Positions 58,822 through 64,000 of a stretch of 64,000 bases of DNA are shown here, piece after piece (position 1 is the first letter of the stretch; every line of letters starts with the position of its first letter). A program made the translations under genes and the position numbers. Source of the stretch: Octopus vulgaris (lineage: Eukaryota); contig OX597827.1 of assembly GCA_951406725.2 (NCBI GenBank), positions 74,090,001 to 74,154,000 on the forward strand, given 5' to 3'. The notes beneath the pieces were generated by a model. That model searched no databases. It was not told the DNA's origin and saw only the letters and a program-made list of their open reading frames with translations.

Positions 58822-60370
58822 CTATGTGGAGAAAAAGAAGACATATTAATATCAGTTAATATGTTATATGATAAGTGTGTTCATATATTTACAACCAAAG
58901 TTGGGAAATGTTTAATGCGGCAAAGTTCTACATTATATAGCTGACTGAATTGCTCCTTAAGTAGTCATGTCGTAATATTAATTTGCTATTAAAAAAAAAC
59001 TCCTCTCATATAACATACTCAGAAATCGTCCCACACCAATCAGAATATTATAAGTCATCAGCTATTATTTTGAAAAAAATTGTAATTTTTAATGGTTAAT
59101 TAGACACTAGAAAATGTTTATAAATAGTACCAGAAAATATTTATAAAATACCAATATTTTCATATTGTAGCAATAGTATGGGATTGACATATCTGTATGC
59201 GGGTATAACTTGAAGTGAATTAAGTCAATATCATGTTGGAAAGGAAAGCGTCTGACTATTTCGGGCAATGTACTTCTTCAGAAAAGAGAAAAGAGGTGTG
59301 CCTCCTGTCTTATTGATACAGTTAAATACGGTATATACCTGTAACAGGACTTCCCCTCTAGACATAACTTTCTATTTTGTTTTAGATCTGAATATTTGCA
59401 ATCATTAAATGAGAGAACATCTCAATCAGAAAGAAAACACAACTTTTTCTCTTTACTGAAGAAGTACGTTGCCAGAAACATCAAACGCTTTCCTTTCCAA
59501 CATGATATCGACTTAATTCACATCAAGTTATACCTTCATACAGTTATGTCAATCTCATACTATTGCAACAAAATGAAAATATTGGTATTTTACAAAGGAG
59601 TATCTTATCTTTTTTCCCTTGGAAGTGTACCACTCTTTCTTGCTTTATGAATGTGGTTTCCTCTCACATTATTTCATCAATATATTTTGAAATTTCGTTT
59701 TACTTTTATAATTAGAATATTTTAAACATTTTCTGCTAGATATGTATTTTTGTTTCTTTTTTCTTAGTTTCCGCATTGCACTGCCTTTTTAATTTCTTCG
59801 TTTATAGCGAATTTTTTCTCACATCTCCCCTTTTCTCTCTCTATCTCTCTCTCTTTTCCCCAGTTACTCTCTGCCGCTCTCTCTCAACAGGCTTCAGTCT
59901 GTCCTATTTTGCTAAAAGCACGTTTTCTGCGACTCAGACAGCGACTGATTGTCACTATCAAGTACAATACCTTAAGAGGAAAAATTGTTTACAATAATCT
60001 CGTTCCTCGTGATGAACATTTTCATTTTTGACAGCCAAAACTTTGTCCTCAGAAGGAGTAGAAATATGTACGCTTATTTATTACCTCACAGTTATTGCTT
60101 CAGAACGTTCACTAAAATAATATTATTACACGTTTCTCCTGCCGACTGTGTATTGCATGTGAAAAGTTAAGTTACTATTCTTTCATTTATATTATTTTCT
60201 CTTTTCTTGGATCAGAATCATAATGAATAGACACGCCTATGCAACTTGCGTTTATGGGTCTTCATCTAAGCCTTAGTCTATTAATACTGGTTGACATGAA
60301 ATTCTGGTAATATTCCAAAAATCTTACTACTACGTCCAACAGAACAACAATTAAAACAGTAATGACTACA

Positions 60371-60412
<42 letters not shown>

Positions 60413-61579
60413 ACACACACACACACACACATACACACACACACACACATATGCACACACACGCACAAATAAACACACACACACACCTATATGGAGATTA
60501 TACCACAGATTTCACCTAAATGTTGTGGACGGAGACACGATACGCCCTATATCTAAATAATTGATTCCAGACATTTTTTCTTTGAATAATAACATTGAAC
60601 AGATTATTCAATGCTGATATACCTGGCCACTTTCACCTATACAATAAATTTACAACATGGTTACAGACAAGTTATTCGCTTGTTTTATAGGAAACACTGA
60701 AACAACTAAGCACAAGCATCTTACATTGCATCCAAAATTAAAGCCGTTCAAACAATCGGCAATGATTCGTTTAGCGATAACCTATTACCAAGTAATTTTC
60801 AGATAACACATAACATTTAACACCCCTTTGTCTCTTCTGCTGTACTACAAGACATTCTGCTCTCTTGAATTAATATCCTTCATCCGCTCTCCGCTTGTTC
60901 TCCTTTGAATGCATCTATATTTCTGCATTTCTTGTGTGAAATATGTAGTGTGTCAAGCAGTGTTTCACATTCTAAACGTGCAAAATCCTTCGCCCAGTCC
61001 GTTCACTTTTCGGAAAACGTGCAAAGATCATTGGTTCTATTCATTCTTCTATAACTAAATAATAAGAAAACAAGGTATTTGTTTTACTGACCTTGCAGGT
61101 GGGCTGATTTTAAAAGGTATTTAAAGCTAAAAGTGTGATACAATCTACCGTACAACAAAGTATCTGTTGCCGTAATTTACGTTTCTCAATAAATTTATTT
61201 TTTCAGTAATTGCAAGGTGGAAGAAGATAAAAATTGCTACTATTATTCCAAATCACTCCACTGTGATTCCCATAATTCTGTGCACGCCGAGTACTGTGTA
61301 TTCTAAGATGATGAAGGTGTGTGGCCTACTATTTTTTTTAATATGGACATAGTTTCTGTTCCAGACACGGGCGGATTCTGGCCCCAGGGCTAAAGCAATT
61401 CATTTCCCATTGATCAAGTCTACACAACAGAAAATGAGTTACGTCTGAGGGGAAGTGGTTTCTTGTTGACTGTTTACCTAAAATATTGAAAACGCAAGAC
61501 ATCAAAAGTATCTAAGAGTCACAGCCCATTGTAGAAATCTGGGGTGGATTTCGGTCGTATGAGTTGTAATTAAATGTTT

Positions 61580-61793
61580 CTAATTTTGACACAAGGGCAG
61601 CAATTTTTAGGTGAAAAGTTAAATCATTAGAAAGACACCAGTACTTGACTAGTACTTTATTTTATCAACCCCACAAGAATATCGAAGGCAAAGTTAATTT
61701 CAGTGATGTTTGAATACAGAATATAAAAGCAAGAACAAATACCATTAATCAGTTTGTCCGATATGCTAACGATTCCGCTTGTTCACCTCCTTA
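61580..61793 (-). mobile_element. Old diverged copy of the same SINE
   Basis: Reverse complement aggaggtgaacaagcggaatcgttagcatatcggac...tgccttcg...ggggttgataaaataaagtactagt. Confidence 0.6.
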
Positions 61794-61949
61794 TTTACTG
61801 TAATTAACTGTAATTAAATAACAATGATTTATTCCGTTTGGAGTAATGTAATGTATTTCATTTACTCCAGTTGCTGCTATTAACGTAGAACCTGTGACGT
61901 AATATAAAATATTCAGCTATTAGTGGCACAGCCTATCAACACATATTTA

Positions 61950-62300
61950 TCTCAAAAGACGAGAATCCCTTAAAAGAGAGCGCTAACCAACCGGGACTGC
62001 GTGCTGGCCCTTTGTTCTTTGTTACCGCTTTAATTTCAGTTTGCATCCATAGAGTCCAGTTTTACTGCCCTTCCGATATACTATTGCTGATGTTTGATAT
62101 TACAATTTTTTATAACATTTAGGAGATTAATATGGGGACACAACTCTACTAACAAAATCTGATAACTAACAACCTGAAATTCTCCGCCTAATATAAAGTT
62201 AGTATTAACGATCAAGCCATCAACTTTCAATTTGTACAGTGTCTCTAGAAAGAAACTGCTGGAATTATTACAATTTGGACAATAAATTAGGAACAATGAT
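61950..62300 (-). pseudogene. Decayed L1/Tx1-type APE endonuclease fragment
   Basis: IYCPN...FF...FILGGEFQVV resembles IYAPN...GGDFN. Confidence 0.45.
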
Positions 62301-62350
62301 AGTTATTGATAACTTTAAATATTGTGAAAACAAAGCATTTATAGACTTAC

Positions 62351-62476
62351 CCCACTTGGATCAAAGAATGCCACGATATTGAGATAACCTTTGTTGATCA
62401 GGCATTTCAGGAAATATACTGTTTTACCTTCTTCTGGTATTTCCGTTACAAGAAATTCATTTTCACATGAAGGCCC
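62351..62476 (-). CDS. Receptor-type protein tyrosine phosphatase-like gene, exon A of C-terminal (D2-like) PTP domain
   Basis: tatatag| acceptor, |gtaagt donor, 126 nt, phase 0/0. Translation GPSCENEFLVTEIPEEGKTVYFLKCLINKGYLNIVAFFDPSG aligns by eye with the PTP 'FIATQGP...DFWRMVWE...IVML' exon. Confidence 0.8.
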
Positions 62477-62706
62477 CTATATACATAAAAAAAACGAAAG
62501 ATAATTATAAAACAAAGAAACCAAGCAAAGAAAAGGGAGAACTATTATCGCCTCATGTTGTATTATGTCTTACTGCAACAAAGTACCTTTTTTATGTGAG
62601 AGACGTCTTCCCAAAATCTCAAGTGTAGCACTAATATACGTACACACATACGATACAGTGTGATACAAATACACACAAGCTTACACACACACATGCATAT
62701 ATATAA

Positions 62707-63341
62707 CTAGCAGTATCGCCCGGCGTTGCTCGGGTTTGTAAGGGAAATAACTATATAAGCATTTTTAGAGAGTTATAGCAAAGAATAGCAAAAAATGCAT
62801 TAAAAATGGAATAAAAAATTATGGTAATTTTTTTTTTAAATCGTTGACTCATCGTAGACATTTTTAGAGAGTTACCTCCCTTATATAATAGCGAAAAAAT
62901 GCATTAAAATGGAAAAAAATGGTGGTAAAATTTTTTTAAATCGTAGACTCATGTAGACGCTTTCTTAGCCATTTCTGTTTTGGTGTCTTCAAGCCATGAA
63001 GTCGTTGTTCTAAAAGGACGCTGGTCTCCTTGACAACGCATTACGACGTTGATTTCCTTACACTCCCTTCCCCACAGGTGCAGGTGTGAGCGTGGACGCC
63101 AACTCCGCCGCCATCGACACACGAAAAAATATGCATTAAAATGGAATAAAAACTTATGTTAAATTATTTTTAAAATCGTAGACTCATCGTAGACGCGCGC
63201 TAATACTCAGACGGGCTCGATATGAATCACGACTATAAGATACCCGAATTTGGTTAAACTGGACCGCGAAATGTGGGAGTAGTTAGGAATCTAAATCGAA
63301 GGGGACAGACACTCACACAACTACAGTTTTATATATAGAGA
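62707..63341 (-). mobile_element. Non-autonomous Helitron
   Basis: Minus strand 5' TC (a|tctctatatataaa), subterminal hairpin CCCG-AGCAACGC-CGGG, 3' CTAG, inserted between A and T; internal ~110-bp repeats. Confidence 0.82.
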
Positions 63342-63349
63342 TTAATTAA

Positions 63350-63825
63350 TCAAAGGACATACTATATATGTCTACCTGCTGGAAATGACAGTCAAACTCA
63401 TATTTGAATCGCCATGATACACTGATAATAACTACAGAGATCAACCGCCCGAAGGCAAACGGGCTAAGACAATCTTTCAGCATAATTCAAGTATTTGGAC
63501 TCACGTGGACCGGTTTCTGGACTGGCAATATAGTCTCACCTCCCTCAGCACGCGTTACCATGAAGGAGAGCCCCAACCCGTCACGTTGAAGTCTACGCTG
63601 CAACTGAATCGTTTTGCGCCGAATCATGGCAGCCACCATTGTGAAAATAATTTCAACACAGAACAAATAATTCAAGAGAAAATATTTGCGAAGATATCAT
63701 TGACTATTATTATCTAGTGTAACATTTGGTTGATTTATGTTGCTAAAAATAGTGTATTTTAGCGATTTAAATAAGAGATTTGACAGTTACATCCAGCAGG
63801 TATCCATACTTAGTATGTCCTTTGA
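63350..63825. mobile_element. MITE with ~55-bp TIRs and TTAA flanks
   Basis: ttaa|tcaaaggacatact...acctgctgga...acagtcaaa versus tttgacagttacatccagcaggt...agtatgtcctttga|ttaa. Confidence 0.82.
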
Positions 63826-64000
63826 TTAATTTTTATCCTTCGCTATTTAATGACTTTTGGGGGCTTGCAATTGCCTATATTATTAATTGTGTTGTCATTT
63901 TGAAATTGTTACACTATACAATAATAGAGTTAATAACTTCGCAAATATTTTCTTCTGAATTATTTGCTCGTAATATATATATATATATATATATATATAT

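Noticed and set aside
60500-61020. Possible very old CR1/L2 3' fragment
   Set aside because: Only faint motif resemblance by eye; not supportable without a profile search.
61092-61478. Possible extra minus-strand exon with a hydrophobic stretch between PTP exons A and B
   Set aside because: Splice-like ends exist but all three frames contain stops, and exons A and B already join in frame.

Overview
AT-rich, microsatellite-dense eukaryotic (animal) DNA. The SINE/LINE/Penelope repertoire looks like an octopus (coleoid cephalopod) genome; this is inferred from recalled repeat families, not from a search. Nearly all ORF-track entries are microsatellite artefacts. Real content: (1) 0.5-18.6 kb, a multi-copy ~1.2-1.4 kb unit of unknown function arranged as a head-to-head palindrome, interrupted by a near-full-length Tx1 LINE sitting in a (CT)n tract. 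(2) A ~13.2 kb block (R4/Dong, Penelope, Tx1 and mariner relics) present twice on either side of a 100-N gap, probably two uncollapsed haplotypes. (3) 46.3-62.5 kb, the last five coding exons (minus strand, missed by the ORF track) of a receptor-type protein tyrosine phosphatase whose C-terminal domain has lost its catalytic motifs but keeps a YSNF tail. Its introns hold SINEs, R4/Dong and CR1 LINEs and one structurally complete type-I hammerhead ribozyme in sense orientation. A Helitron and a MITE lie just upstream of the first visible exon. Several degenerate hammerheads are scattered through the window.
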